Part shown: positions 1 to 9,835 of the stretch, piece by piece
Layout: every line of letters begins with the position of its first letter
Position numbering within the stretch: the first letter of the stretch is position 1
Assembly (NCBI GenBank): GCA_040754455.1
Contig: JBFMCP010000002.1
Location: 1-64,000 of the forward strand
Source of the DNA: Nitrospirota bacterium
Lineage (GTDB): Bacteria > Nitrospirota > Thermodesulfovibrionia > Thermodesulfovibrionales > Dissulfurispiraceae
Length of the DNA stretch: 64,000 nucleotides
Reading direction: 5' to 3'
Program-made: the position numbers and the translations under genes
The notes under the pieces: model-generated
Databases searched by the model: none
Told to the model about the DNA's origin: nothing
Seen by the model: only the letters and a program-made list of their open reading frames with translations

Positions 1-23
1 CTTTCGTATCCTTCAAAAGGCCC

Positions 24-1748
24 CTACAAGAAAGGACCTTCGGACGTGGTGCGCGATATTCTCTTTTTCTCATCGAGCAGGGCGTGCAGACGCTGCACAT
101 CCCCCGCTTCACCTGCTGCTTTGATGTTCCGCTCGATATCTCTCAGGGCAATGACGCGCAAGCAGCCTTTGATCATCTCGTCGATCTGAGCCTCGTCAAT
201 GGCAGTGTCAATTGAGCATTGCGTGATAAGCTCTCGCTCTCTGTCGGTGCACTGTGCCATGAGGTGCTCGAGAGAGACACCGGCTCCCTTCTTTTCAGCA
301 ATGCATGCTGCCAGCTTCTCGAAGAGCCCTCGCAGTACCGGGTTCTCTATGCTTGCACCATCGAGGTGGCGCAGTAAGGCATAGCTCTTTTCAGGGCTCG
401 CAATGATGATGTTCAGCAAAGTTTTTTCCTCTCTGCTGATCGTGCTGACGATATGCTTTTCGGGAAGTCGTATCTCCTGCCTTCCCCCGGGCTTCTGGCC
501 GGTCTTATTCAATTCCTGTCGCAACGTAAGTTCGGCTATACCCGACCAGCTCGACAGTTCCCGCAATGCCTCATCCTTCTGGAGGGCATCGGGGCATGCG
601 GTAATCAGGGAGAGTGCGTGTCGTACTGCATCGAGCTTGTTTTTCCCATAGGTCTTCAGGAGAAATTCTATCGAGGAGGTTGCCTTGCTCATATACTTTT
701 TGAAGTGGTCACTTCCGAACTTTCTGAGGAACGTATCAGGATCTTCTCCGTGGGGCAGGGTGAGAATCTTTGCAACCATCCCCTCGGCAAAGAGGAGCGC
801 GAGAGAGCGTTTCGCCGCGGCACTGCCGGCGGAATCACCATCGAAGAGGAGGAGTACTTTGTTGGAAAAACGTTTGAGCTTTTTAAGGTGTCCTGAGGTG
901 AGCGCCGTCCCCAGAGGAGCAACGGTATTGCTGCATTCATACTGATGGCAGGTGAGTGCATCAAGATAGCCCTCAACAATGATAGTGTATCCCTTCTGCA
1001 CAATGGCGTTCTTAGCGGCATGCAGCCCGTAGCAGGTTTCTCCCTTTCTGAAGATGCCGTTGTCGGGAGAGTTGAGGTATTTGGGAACGCTTTTTGAGGA
1101 AGACAGGGTTCTGCCGCCGAAGGCGATCGGTCTTCCCTGGAGATCGAAAATGGGGAACATGATTCTCTCTCTGAAGAAATCGTGACGGTCCTTCTCCTTG
1201 AAATAGACGAGCCCGGAGGCTTTTATGTGCTCCGCGGAAAATCCCTGCCCGGTAAGATGCTTGAACAGGGCTTCCTTTTCGCCTGTGCTGTAACCGATGG
1301 AAAACTGCTCGATGGTTTGGTCCCTCAGCCCTCTCTCTTTAAGATAGGCGAGTGCATGCTTCGCGGCTAACAGATTCTTTCTGAAGAAGTGCAGGGCCTC
1401 TTTATGCATGGCAAGAAGATTTTCTTTGATTCCCCTGCCCCGTGCCGCGTCGCTGCGGGTCTGCTCGATCTTCACTCCCGCCCTGTCGGCGAGATAGGAG
1501 AGGGCCTCCTGGAAGGTCATGCTTTCGTAATCCATGATAAAGGTGAAGAGATCGCCGCCTTTGCTGCAGCCGAAACAGTGGAAAATCTGTTTCGACGGGC
1601 TTACCATGAAGGAGGGGGTCTTTTCAGAATGAAACGGGCAGAGTCCTTTGTAGTTCTGGCCGGCCCGCTTCAAATCGACATGCTCGCCGATCACGTCGAC
1701 GATATCGATACGTGATTTTATTTCCTCAATGAGGTGGTCAGCCTTCAT
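24..1748 (-). CDS. dnaG: DNA primase
   Basis: N-terminal CHC2 zinc finger (CPFHSEKTPSF...HCFGC), KYLNSP motif, TOPRIM core (VEGYLD...FDGDSAG...EDPD); lies downstream of rpsU-yqeY. Confidence 0.97.
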   Translation of the reverse strand: MKADHLIEEIKSRIDIVDVIGEHVDLKRAGQNYKGLCPFHSEKTPSFMVSPSKQIFHCFGCSKGGDLFTFIMDYESMTFQEALSYLADRAGVKIEQTRSDAARGRGIKENLLAMHKEALHFFRKNLLAAKHALAYLKERGLRDQTIEQFSIGYSTGEKEALFKHLTGQGFSAEHIKASGLVYFKEKDRHDFFRERIMFPIFDLQGRPIAFGGRTLSSSKSVPKYLNSPDNGIFRKGETCYGLHAAKNAIVQKGYTIIVEGYLDALTCHQYECSNTVAPLGTALTSGHLKKLKRFSNKVLLLFDGDSAGSAAAKRSLALLFAEGMVAKILTLPHGEDPDTFLRKFGSDHFKKYMSKATSSIEFLLKTYGKNKLDAVRHALSLITACPDALQKDEALRELSSWSGIAELTLRQELNKTGQKPGGRQEIRLPEKHIVSTISREEKTLLNIIIASPEKSYALLRHLDGASIENPVLRGLFEKLAACIAEKKGAGVSLEHLMAQCTDRERELITQCSIDTAIDEAQIDEMIKGCLRVIALRDIERNIKAAGEAGDVQRLHALLDEKKRISRTTSEGPFL

Positions 1749-1904
1749 GGTCCCCCTAAGTGCTCGTGGTTACGGTAAAGCACAACCCATTATATAAGCT
1801 TAACATATTTGGATAAGAATGGCTGAGGTAATTTCACATGAAAGAAACCGAAAGGATACAATAGTATGCAAAAGCCCTGCCGCGGTTGCAGCAATGCATG
1901 CCTG

Positions 1905-2320
1905 CTATGTTCTTTTGACCCTTCTGAACCCCGAACATTCAAGGACCGCTACCGGCGCGTCGGCGATGACCTTATCGAGGAGAAGGTTCGATCCCAAGTT
2001 GTCGCTGGCGATATGCCCTGCAATGACCACATTGAGATGGTGGTGTTCCGCAGCGTTTCTGCAAAGAGCACCTCTCCGACATCAATGTCGATCCCTACCA
2101 GTATCGTCCCGATGCGTTCGTCACCGGTGCCGAAGGGTATCCTTGAATCCGCATAGGGATTTCCGAGATGCTCTCTGTCAAAGGTTTCCTTTTCTTTTTC
2201 GCTGAGCCGGTCATACTCCTTCCGGACCCGTTCCAATTCTTTTTGTATGATCTCTTTTCCCCGTGGATCATGTTCGATACCGGCTTCTATTGCTTTGGTA
2301 TAAAAATGGGATAACTTCAA
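1905..2320 (-). pseudogene. Nif3/NGG1p-interacting-factor-like protein, internally deleted and frameshifted
   Basis: N-terminus (DPRG...NPYADSRI...LVGID) runs to about 2045; the family C-terminus (HHLNVVIAGHIASDNLGSNLLLD...CSGFRRVKRT*) continues in another frame to TAG at 1905-1907; the middle is missing. Confidence 0.8.
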
Positions 2321-2369
2321 AGTGGGTCACCTCTCATGAGTAGTAAACAATGCAAAAAGAAGACGGGAA

Positions 2370-2825
2370 TTAAGCGCCTGAACTCAGGAGCTCCTTGACC
2401 CGCTGGTTGACGAACTTCCCGTCGGCAGCCCCTTTGAGCCTGGGTACGACCAGTTTCATCACCTTCCCCATGTCAGCGGGAGATGAGGCATTGCTTTCCT
2501 TGATTGCGGCAATGATGATGGTGTCTATTTCCTGAGGAGAAAGCTGTGCAGGAAGGTAGGTCTGGATGATTTCGAGCTCTTTCCTCTCTTTTTCGGCAAG
2601 TTCGACCCTGCCGCCTGCGGTAAACTGTTCGATGGATTCTCTCCGCTGTTTTGCCATTGACGACAGGACAGCAATGATTTCATCGTCGGTGAGCGGGGCT
2701 CTTTTGTCGATCTCTTTATTTTTTAAAGAGGCCTTGATCATACGGAGGGCCGATATTCTCAGCTCGTCCCGTGCTTTTAAGGCCTCTTTGAATTCTGTAT
2801 CCAAACGTTGTGTGATAGTGCTCAT
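2370..2825 (-). CDS. yqeY: GatB/YqeY domain protein
   Basis: KQRRESIEQF, YLPAQLS, DMGKVM and ADGK motifs; follows rpsU. Confidence 0.93.
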   Translation of the reverse strand: MSTITQRLDTEFKEALKARDELRISALRMIKASLKNKEIDKRAPLTDDEIIAVLSSMAKQRRESIEQFTAGGRVELAEKERKELEIIQTYLPAQLSPQEIDTIIIAAIKESNASSPADMGKVMKLVVPRLKGAADGKFVNQRVKELLSSGA

Positions 2826-2894
2826 CAATAACTCTCTGGTCTCGGGTTTTTCACACCGGAATTCGTCTGGGATACTGTATTCCCTGAAAGGGAA

Positions 2895-3095
2895 CTATCG
2901 CGATGAGTATGACCGTACGCGCTTTGCAGCTTTTTTGCGGGCAGCTATAATTTTTTTCTTCTTCTTGACGCTTGGCTTATCGTAATGCTCCCGCTTCTTT
3001 ACATCCGAGAGGATGCCGTCACGCTCGCACTGTTTCTTAAACTGCTTGAGCGCAGACTCGAAAGATTCGGTATCTCTTACTTTTACAGTGGGCAA
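2895..3095 (-). CDS. rpsU: 30S ribosomal protein S21
   Basis: [12 protein letters not shown]...[17 protein letters not shown] start with GAGGAG RBS. Confidence 0.96.
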   Translation of the reverse strand: MPTVKVRDTESFESALKQFKKQCERDGILSDVKKREHYDKPSVKKKKKIIAARKKAAKRVRSYSSR

Positions 3096-3272
3096 CGCTA
3101 TCTCACTCCTCTCTTTTTGGAGATTTGTAAATATATTTTACAATAATATCAGCTTATGAAGGGAACTGTCAAGAAAAACAACTGATTATGAAGTGGCTAA
3201 GAGGAGGCATACAGAGTGTTTTTCCGGTGCGGTAAGCACGAAATGGTCGGCTGCGCGTCGTAGTGAGCAGGA

Positions 3273-3301
3273 TTGACAATATTCTCGGGGGCATTTATCA
3301 T
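3273..3301 (+). promoter_or_regulatory. sigma70-type promoter of hisC (near-leaderless)
   Basis: TTGACA-17 nt-TATCAT ending 8 nt before the ATG; no Shine-Dalgarno. Confidence 0.7.
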
Positions 3302-3309
3302 ACACCACG

Positions 3310-4380
3310 ATGGGCAGATCAAAGAGCAAAAGTGTCGATTTTTCAAAGCTTGTCAGGCAAAATATCCGCCTACTGCAGCCGTACCGGGCGTCTGAGATCC
3401 CCTGCAGGGTAAAGCTGGATGCTAATGAAAGCCCTTACTCACTCCGGGATAAAAAGCCCCTTTCTTCAGATGCAACGGTTTTGGGGCGACTGAACCGGTA
3501 CCCCGATCCCGAAGCAAAGGAGCTGAAGAGGGCAATCGCAAAAAAACATGGTGGCGCTACCGATTCCATTCTGCTCGGAAACGGCTCTGATGAGCTGATT
3601 TATTATCTGATCATCGCCTTCGGTGGACCGGTGCTCTACCCTGTTCCGACATTCTCGATGTACGGCATTATTGCTCAGGCGCTGGGAGAACAGGGTGTCG
3701 GCATTTCTTTGGACGAAGATTTTGATCTCGATGTGGATGCCATGAGCGCCGCTATCAAAAAACATAGACCGAAGCTCATCTTTCTCAGCTCCCCGAATAA
3801 TCCCACGGGGAACTGCTTTTCCTCGGAGAGGATACTCAAAATCATAGAGCTGTCGAAAGGGATTGTGATCCTCGATGAGGCGTACCAGCCGTTCTCGAGC
3901 GAGCGGGGGTTCCTCCCTCTCCTGAAGGACTACCGCAATCTCGCTATTCTCAGGACTCTGAGCAAGACGGGGTTTGCCGCACTGCGCGTCGGCTATCTTC
4001 TCGGCGACAAGGGGCTTGTCGCCGAGGTGAACAAAGTAAGGCTCCCTTTTAATCTTAACGCCCTGTCTCAAGCAGTGGCATTGGAGGCGTTCAGGAAGAA
4101 GCCACTTATACAGCGCCAGATACACGCCATCGTTGCGGAACGGGAGCGCGTTTTCAGAGCCCTGCAGGCGATGCGAGGGGTGACCGCCTATCCCTCAGAG
4201 GCTAATTTTATCCTCTTCAAGGTACCTAACGCCCACAAGGTATTTCAGGGACTGATCAAGCAGGGAGTTCTGATAAGAAATATGCAAGGTGCAATAAAGG
4301 ACGCTTTGAGAGTGACCATCGGAACACCGAGGGAAAATACTGTTTTTTTGGAAGCACTGAAAACCGTTCTCTGTTCATAG
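3310..4380 (+). CDS. hisC: histidinol-phosphate aminotransferase
   Basis: KLDANESP, NRYPDP, GNGSDELI, SPNNPTG, DEAY and RTLSK (PLP Lys) motifs; adjacent to hisB. Confidence 0.96.
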   Translation: MGRSKSKSVDFSKLVRQNIRLLQPYRASEIPCRVKLDANESPYSLRDKKPLSSDATVLGRLNRYPDPEAKELKRAIAKKHGGATDSILLGNGSDELIYYLIIAFGGPVLYPVPTFSMYGIIAQALGEQGVGISLDEDFDLDVDAMSAAIKKHRPKLIFLSSPNNPTGNCFSSERILKIIELSKGIVILDEAYQPFSSERGFLPLLKDYRNLAILRTLSKTGFAALRVGYLLGDKGLVAEVNKVRLPFNLNALSQAVALEAFRKKPLIQRQIHAIVAERERVFRALQAMRGVTAYPSEANFILFKVPNAHKVFQGLIKQGVLIRNMQGAIKDALRVTIGTPRENTVFLEALKTVLCS

Positions 4381-4444
4381 TTCACCGTTCATGGAAAAAG
4401 GACTTATACGTGCGGACAATTAACGGTTAACTATGAACAGAGAA
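4364..4444. repeat. heptamer-period array forming a 23-bp inverted repeat over the hisC stop codon
   Basis: CCGTTCT CTGTTCA TAGTTCA CCGTTCA; arms 4367-4389 and 4422-4444 pair at 22/23. Confidence 0.85.
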
Positions 4445-4464
4445 TTAATAATGGGGAGGAAGCA

Positions 4465-5049
4465 GTGAGAAAAGCAAAAGTCGATCGGAAGACCAAAGAG
4501 ACGGATATTTCTGTAGAAATAAATCTCGACGGAAAAGGTAATTGCGATATACGAAGCTCTATCCCCTTTCTCGACCACATGCTCACTCTCTTCGCGTTTC
4601 ACGGCATGATGGATCTGAAGGTCAGGGCAACGGGCGATATCGAGATCGATTACCATCACCTCATGGAGGACCTGGGGATTACGATGGGGGAGGCGATCAA
4701 GAAGGCTCTTGGTGACAAGAAAGGCATCCGGCGTTATGGCAATGCAACAGTCCCGATGGACGAGAGCCTTGCCCAGGTGGTGCTCGATCTCAGCGGAAGG
4801 CCGTATCTGGTGTACAAGGTGAAGCCCCCGAAGGGGATGCTGAAGGAACTGGAGATATCTCTTTTTGAGGACTTCTTTAGAGCCCTCAGCAACCATGCCA
4901 TGATGAATCTTCATGTGCTGGTCAACTACGGGAGAGATCTGCACCACATTATCGAGGCTGTCTTCAAGGCCTTCGGCAGGGCAATGAGGGAAGCGGTCTC
5001 GATCGATGAGAAAATAAAAGGGGTGCCGACGACAAAGGGGAAACTGTAA
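4465..5049 (+). CDS. hisB: imidazoleglycerol-phosphate dehydratase
   Basis: RKTKETDI, FLDHML, IDYHHLMED, PMDE, DLHHIIEA and PTTKG motifs. Confidence 0.97.
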   Translation: MRKAKVDRKTKETDISVEINLDGKGNCDIRSSIPFLDHMLTLFAFHGMMDLKVRATGDIEIDYHHLMEDLGITMGEAIKKALGDKKGIRRYGNATVPMDESLAQVVLDLSGRPYLVYKVKPPKGMLKELEISLFEDFFRALSNHAMMNLHVLVNYGRDLHHIIEAVFKAFGRAMREAVSIDEKIKGVPTTKGKL

Positions 5050-5182
5050 CGGGAACAGGTATTGAAGGGTCAAAGTTTTTGCGCGTCAGAGATTGTATGG
5101 CTTTGCCTCTTTGATGCTCTGACGCTTTTATATGCTGCTATAATTTAAATAGCCGTAGATTACAGATGTAGAGGAGGATCGA

Positions 5183-6298
5183 TTGGCTGTTCCCCTTGAA
5201 TCAGGTTCATTGAAGATAGCATCAATCTTCGGCATTCCTATCAGGGTTCACTTTTCGTGGCTCATCATCTTTGGCCTGATTACCTGGTCGCTTTCGACAT
5301 TTTATTTTCCCAAAGCAGCTCCTGATCTGCCGGTGCAGTCCTACTGGCTCAGCGGCGCTATTGCAGCTCTGCTGCTCTTTGTATCGGTTGCCCTTCATGA
5401 GCTCTCGCATTCCTTTGTCGCCCTCAGCTATAAGCTGCCGATCTCGAGCATTACGCTGTTTATTTTTGGCGGCGTTTCCCAGATCAAAGGCGAACCGCCC
5501 AACCCGAAGGTGGAGTTCAGAATGGCTGTTGCCGGACCATTATCGAGCTTTGTGCTTTCCCTCGTCTTCTACGGAGCGTATTCTGCAACGGGAAGTGATG
5601 TGTTGCGAGCCCTTTTTTCCTATCTCGCCCAACTCAACCTGATACTCGGCATATTCAACCTCATTCCCGGGTTCCCCATGGACGGAGGGAGGGTAGTGAG
5701 GGCCTTCATGTGGAGCAGATCAAAGGACTACTATTATGCGACGCGAAAGGCATCCAATTACGGGCAGAAGATCGCGCTGCTTTTTATTGTCTTCGGATTC
5801 CTCTCCATCTTTGCCGGCCTCTCCGGCGGCCTGTGGCTCATGCTGATCGGATGGTTTCTCTACACCGCAGCGCAGGCAAGCTACCAGCAGGCAGGGCTTC
5901 AGCAGACGCTCAGCGGTATCAAGGTGCGGGACATTATGGCACGGGACGTGGTGAGCCTCCTGCCGGAGATGACGATCGACGAGGCGGTCAATGAGTACTT
6001 CCTCAAATACGGCTACGGGGGGTTCCCCGTTATGGAGAAAGGTGCATTCCTCGGATTCGTCTCATTGAAAGAGGTGAAGGATGTGCCCCGCGGCCAGTGG
6101 AAGGAGAGGCGGATTGCCGATATCTATATCCCCCATGACGAGAGATGGGAGATACCGGAGGACAGCGATGCCATGAAGGCACTGGAAGTGATGATCAACG
6201 AGGACAAGGGCAGGCTGGCTGTTATGGAGCGAGGAGTTTTCCGCGGTATGATAACGAGAAACGGCATTGCGAAGTATATCCAGATCATGGGGAAATGA
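5183..6298 (+). CDS. site-2 protease (M50) with C-terminal CBS pair
   Basis: HELSH and NLIPGFPMDGG motifs, several TM helices, C-terminal CBS domains. Confidence 0.93.
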   Translation: MAVPLESGSLKIASIFGIPIRVHFSWLIIFGLITWSLSTFYFPKAAPDLPVQSYWLSGAIAALLLFVSVALHELSHSFVALSYKLPISSITLFIFGGVSQIKGEPPNPKVEFRMAVAGPLSSFVLSLVFYGAYSATGSDVLRALFSYLAQLNLILGIFNLIPGFPMDGGRVVRAFMWSRSKDYYYATRKASNYGQKIALLFIVFGFLSIFAGLSGGLWLMLIGWFLYTAAQASYQQAGLQQTLSGIKVRDIMARDVVSLLPEMTIDEAVNEYFLKYGYGGFPVMEKGAFLGFVSLKEVKDVPRGQWKERRIADIYIPHDERWEIPEDSDAMKALEVMINEDKGRLAVMERGVFRGMITRNGIAKYIQIMGK

Positions 6299-6393
6299 TA
6301 ACGAGCCGATGGAATAATATTATCGGAGGGGATCCCTGCCCTAACTCTCTTTCTCCCTTGCCTTAATCCCATCTGTCCCAGTATAATCCTCAC

Positions 6394-7125
6394 ATGCCCG
6401 AAGCGAAATTGAAGGTTATTCTTCTCAAGCATACGCCGAACCCGGAAGAAACCGTAGCTATGGCAGCGAAGCTCTGCTACAGCCCTTCCGACATTAGTGA
6501 CTTGAAGGAAAAGATAGAGACAAAGGACCAGAAGGCTTTTGTCGAGAAGCTTATGAAGATGGGTCATATGAGCCCCATCGAACATGCCTCATTTACCTTT
6601 GCCGTCGAAGGCATATCGAGGGCATGTTCCCATCAGCTGGTACGGCACCGGCTTGCCTCTTACTCGCAGCAATCGCAGCGATATGTCAGTGAAACAGCCG
6701 GCTTTGACTATGTACTACCGCCGGTTATCAAAGAGGACAGGGAGTTGAGAACACACTTCGAACAGTTTATGACTGAAGCGCAAAAAGCTTACAGTAACAT
6801 TGTTAAAAAACTCAATGAAAAGGGCATCACAGGGGAAGCGGCGAACCAGGATGCGCGCTTTGTGCTCCCCAACGCAGCCGAGACGAAGATCATTATCACC
6901 ATGAATGCGCGGGAGTTGCTGCATTTCTTCAGGCAGCGCTGCTGCAAGAGGGCTCAGTGGGAGATCAGGCAACTGGCCGAACAGATGTTGGCGCTGGCAA
7001 AGAAGGTTTCGCCGGTGATCTTTGGAAAAGCAGGTCCCGGCTGTCTCTATGCGCCCTGTCCCGAAGGTGAGTACAGCTGCGGCAGGATCAAAGAAGTCAG
7101 AAAGAAATACAAGGTGTCTGCTTAA
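6394..7125 (+). CDS. thyX: FAD-dependent thymidylate synthase
   Basis: GHMSPIEH, HQLVRHRLASYSQQSQRY (RHRx7S), DARFVLP and AQWEIR motifs. Confidence 0.96.
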   Translation: MPEAKLKVILLKHTPNPEETVAMAAKLCYSPSDISDLKEKIETKDQKAFVEKLMKMGHMSPIEHASFTFAVEGISRACSHQLVRHRLASYSQQSQRYVSETAGFDYVLPPVIKEDRELRTHFEQFMTEAQKAYSNIVKKLNEKGITGEAANQDARFVLPNAAETKIIITMNARELLHFFRQRCCKRAQWEIRQLAEQMLALAKKVSPVIFGKAGPGCLYAPCPEGEYSCGRIKEVRKKYKVSA

Positions 7126-7180
7126 GTCGGAAAAACCTTGACGTCCTCCGTTCCATTGCGCAGCGCTGTCCTGATCATCA

Positions 7181-7840
7181 TTAAACGGTGAGCATCTTGG
7201 CATCAAGGATGACGGCCCCTTCAGGATAGAGCGCAACGGGATTTAATGTTATTTCCTCGAGCATTCCTGAGGCGATCATTCCGGAAACATGAATGATTAT
7301 CTCCTCGAGTGCTTCGATGTCCGCAGGAGGAGAGCCCCTGTAACCCTGCAGCAGCGCATATCCTTTAACCTGCCTTATGAGCCAGCAGGCATTCTCTCTG
7401 TCGAGCGGTGCGAGGCCGAAGACGACATCCTTGAAAAGTTCGACAAAGATGCCTCCCAGTCCGAGCATGACCACCGGTCCGAACTGCTGGTCGATGATGC
7501 CTCCCACAATGACTTCGATTCCCTGCGGAGCCATCTCTTCGACGAGTACGCCCTCGGCGTCCCCGATCTGCTGAAGGTGCGCAACAGCGTCCTCCAGGTT
7601 ATGCCGGTCTCTGATGCCGGCCCTGATGCCGCCGATATCGCTTTTTGATGAAATCTTCGAGGAAGAGACCTTTGCAATGAGCGGATAGTTCAAATCGAAG
7701 GATTCAGGGAATACGCCCCCTTTCTTGATAAAAATCCCCTTAGGCACGGAGAACCCCGCCGCTTTCAGCAGCTCCTTCACCTCGTGCTCAAGAAAGACCT
7801 TTCGCCCTCTGTTCTTTTCTATGAATTCTTTAAGCGTCAT
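7181..7840 (-). CDS. ADP-forming acyl-CoA synthetase (ACD) beta subunit, ATP-grasp
   Basis: KSDIGG, GVLVEEM, FGPVVMLGLGGIFVELFKDV, LLQGYRG and LNPV motifs. Confidence 0.88.
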   Translation of the reverse strand: MTLKEFIEKNRGRKVFLEHEVKELLKAAGFSVPKGIFIKKGGVFPESFDLNYPLIAKVSSSKISSKSDIGGIRAGIRDRHNLEDAVAHLQQIGDAEGVLVEEMAPQGIEVIVGGIIDQQFGPVVMLGLGGIFVELFKDVVFGLAPLDRENACWLIRQVKGYALLQGYRGSPPADIEALEEIIIHVSGMIASGMLEEITLNPVALYPEGAVILDAKMLTV

Positions 7841-7932
7841 GTACTTAAATTATAACAATACCGCAAAGTGAAAAATATTTTTTCGCTGCCATGGCGATGC
7901 GAAATATGCTACTATGTCTGGCTATGGAACGT

Positions 7933-9543
7933 ATGCCGAATATGGAGAATTACAAAAAAGAGTATGACGCCTTTTCCTGGCGGGTGCCGGAGCGGTTTTC
8001 GTTCCCCCTTGATGTCTTTGATACATGGGAAGACCGGACCGCCCTCTACTGGACCGATGGCGAGAGAGAGAAGACGTTTACCTTCAACGAAATGAAGGCA
8101 CACTCATCAAAGGGAGCAGGCGCCTTCAGAAAGTGGGGCATCGCAAAGGGCGACAAGGTGCTGGTGATGCTCCCGAATATTCCCGAATGGTGGGAGATCA
8201 TGCTCGCCCTGATGCGGCTCAATGCGATCCCCATTCCTGCAACGACTATTCTGACGCCGAAAGATATCGCCTACCGTCTTTCGGCAACTGACATAAAGGC
8301 GATTATCACCAACGAAGAGAATGCCCGAAAAGCCGAAGAGGCGATCAATAACGCTTCAACCGGGACTCTGCTGATTCTCGTTGGTGAGCGACAGGGGTGG
8401 CAGAATTATCTGAAAGGCAAGGAAGGGGCGGAACCTTTTGAAGGCGAGCGCGCTGCTTGGGACGAACCTGCGCTCATCTACTTTACTTCGGGAACAACGG
8501 GCCAGCCGAAGATGGTGCTCCATACCCAGACCTCCTATCCCCTCGGTCACGTGGTGACGGGCAAATACTGGCTCGACCTCAGGCCGGGCGACATCCACTG
8601 GAACCTCTCGGATACGGGATGGGCGAAGGCAGCATGGTCGAGCCTCTTCGGGCCGTGGCATCAGGGAGCGACCCTTTTCACTTTGTATCGCCCGGGAAAG
8701 TTCGAAGCATCCTTTATTCTGGAAATGATGCAGAAATATCCGGTTACCACCTTCTGCGGTCCTCCGACCGCCTACCGGATGATGGTCAAGGAGATACAGG
8801 CAGCTGAAAAATTCTCTTTCAGAACACTGCGCCATTTTGTCGCTGCCGGCGAGCCGCTCAACAGCGAGGTGTTGCATATATGGAAAGAGCGGACAGGATG
8901 TTTTATCTATGACGGCTACGGTCAAACCGAGACCGTCAATGTGCTGGCCAATTTCAGATGCAATCCGGTGAAGCCCGGCGCCATGGGGCTGCCGGTCCCC
9001 GGCTTTGTCGTGGAGGTGGTTGATGATGGGGGAAACCCTGTTCCTCAGGGTGCCGAAGGTGCCATCGCCATAAAAGTGCGTCCCGAGAGGCCCCTCGGCC
9101 TGTTCAAGGAATATCTGGGAAATCCCCGCGCTACAGAAAATACTATGCGGGGCCAGTGGTATCTTACCGGTGACAAGGCCTACAAGGATGAGGACGGCTA
9201 CTTCTGGTTTGTGGGCAGAGATGACGATATTATTCTTTCCGCCGGCTACAGGATCGGTCCCTTTGAGGTCGAGAGCATATTGATCGAGCATCCGGCGGTG
9301 AAGGAGTCAGCCATAGTGGCAAGCCCTGACCCGATACGGGGCGAAGTCGTGAAGGCATTTGTTGTTCTTACCGATGCCTACTCCCCTTCCGATGCTCTGG
9401 CAAAGGAGCTGCAGGACTTTGTGAAAAAGCATACCGCACCCTATAAATATCCGAGAAAGATCGAGTTCATCAATGATCTGCCCAAGACCGTCAGCGGAAA
9501 GATCAAGAGAAAAGAGCTGAAGATGATGGAATTTTCAAAGTAG
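7933..9543 (+). CDS. AMP-forming acyl-CoA synthetase (MACS/acetyl-CoA synthetase-like)
   Basis: YFTSGTTGQPK, SDTGWAK, AGEPLN, GYGQTET, GRDDD, RIGPFEVES and LPKTVSGKI motifs; start uncertain (7924/7933/7942). Confidence 0.92.
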   Translation: MPNMENYKKEYDAFSWRVPERFSFPLDVFDTWEDRTALYWTDGEREKTFTFNEMKAHSSKGAGAFRKWGIAKGDKVLVMLPNIPEWWEIMLALMRLNAIPIPATTILTPKDIAYRLSATDIKAIITNEENARKAEEAINNASTGTLLILVGERQGWQNYLKGKEGAEPFEGERAAWDEPALIYFTSGTTGQPKMVLHTQTSYPLGHVVTGKYWLDLRPGDIHWNLSDTGWAKAAWSSLFGPWHQGATLFTLYRPGKFEASFILEMMQKYPVTTFCGPPTAYRMMVKEIQAAEKFSFRTLRHFVAAGEPLNSEVLHIWKERTGCFIYDGYGQTETVNVLANFRCNPVKPGAMGLPVPGFVVEVVDDGGNPVPQGAEGAIAIKVRPERPLGLFKEYLGNPRATENTMRGQWYLTGDKAYKDEDGYFWFVGRDDDIILSAGYRIGPFEVESILIEHPAVKESAIVASPDPIRGEVVKAFVVLTDAYSPSDALAKELQDFVKKHTAPYKYPRKIEFINDLPKTVSGKIKRKELKMMEFSK

Positions 9544-9701
9544 GGAGGGCACCACAACATATGACTGAGGAGAGGTGAACTGTCTCCTATGCGAGCGTAC
9601 CTTCCTATTTGCAAAATTTTGTTTATAGATTCTATTAATAATTCAAATTTGATATTTTCCTCTGAGATGGACTGTAATAGCGATAGAGAGTGGTAGAGTA
9701 G

Positions 9702-9790
9702 TCCTTCCCGATAAAGCCAACCCTTTCGTAAGGAGGGGGCGGAAAGCGGCGGGTCCTGGAAGTATGCGGGATGGCCGAGCTGCCGAAGGA
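9702..9790 (+). ncRNA. c-di-GMP-I (GEMM-I) riboswitch aptamer
   Basis: P1 TCCTTC/GAAGGA; P2 AAAG-CC-AA-CCCTTTC-GTAA(GNRA)-GGAGGG-GGC-GG; GAAAGC junction; P3 ending GGATGGCCGAGCTGCCGAA; fits the GEMM-I pattern. Confidence 0.85.
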
Positions 9791-9815
9791 GCCATTCGGT
9801 AAGCTCGGCCTTTTT
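9773..9815 (+). terminator. intrinsic terminator (riboswitch expression platform)
   Basis: GGCCGAGCT-GCCGAA...TTCGGT-A-AGCTCGGCC followed by TTTTT; the 5' arm is the 3' end of the aptamer. Confidence 0.85.
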
Positions 9816-9835
9816 AGTGCTGAAAGGAGAGGACC

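Noticed and set aside
9690..9815. Group II intron domain V/VI remnant
   Set aside because: The structure fits a GEMM-I aptamer plus terminator better; no RT gene or other intron domains
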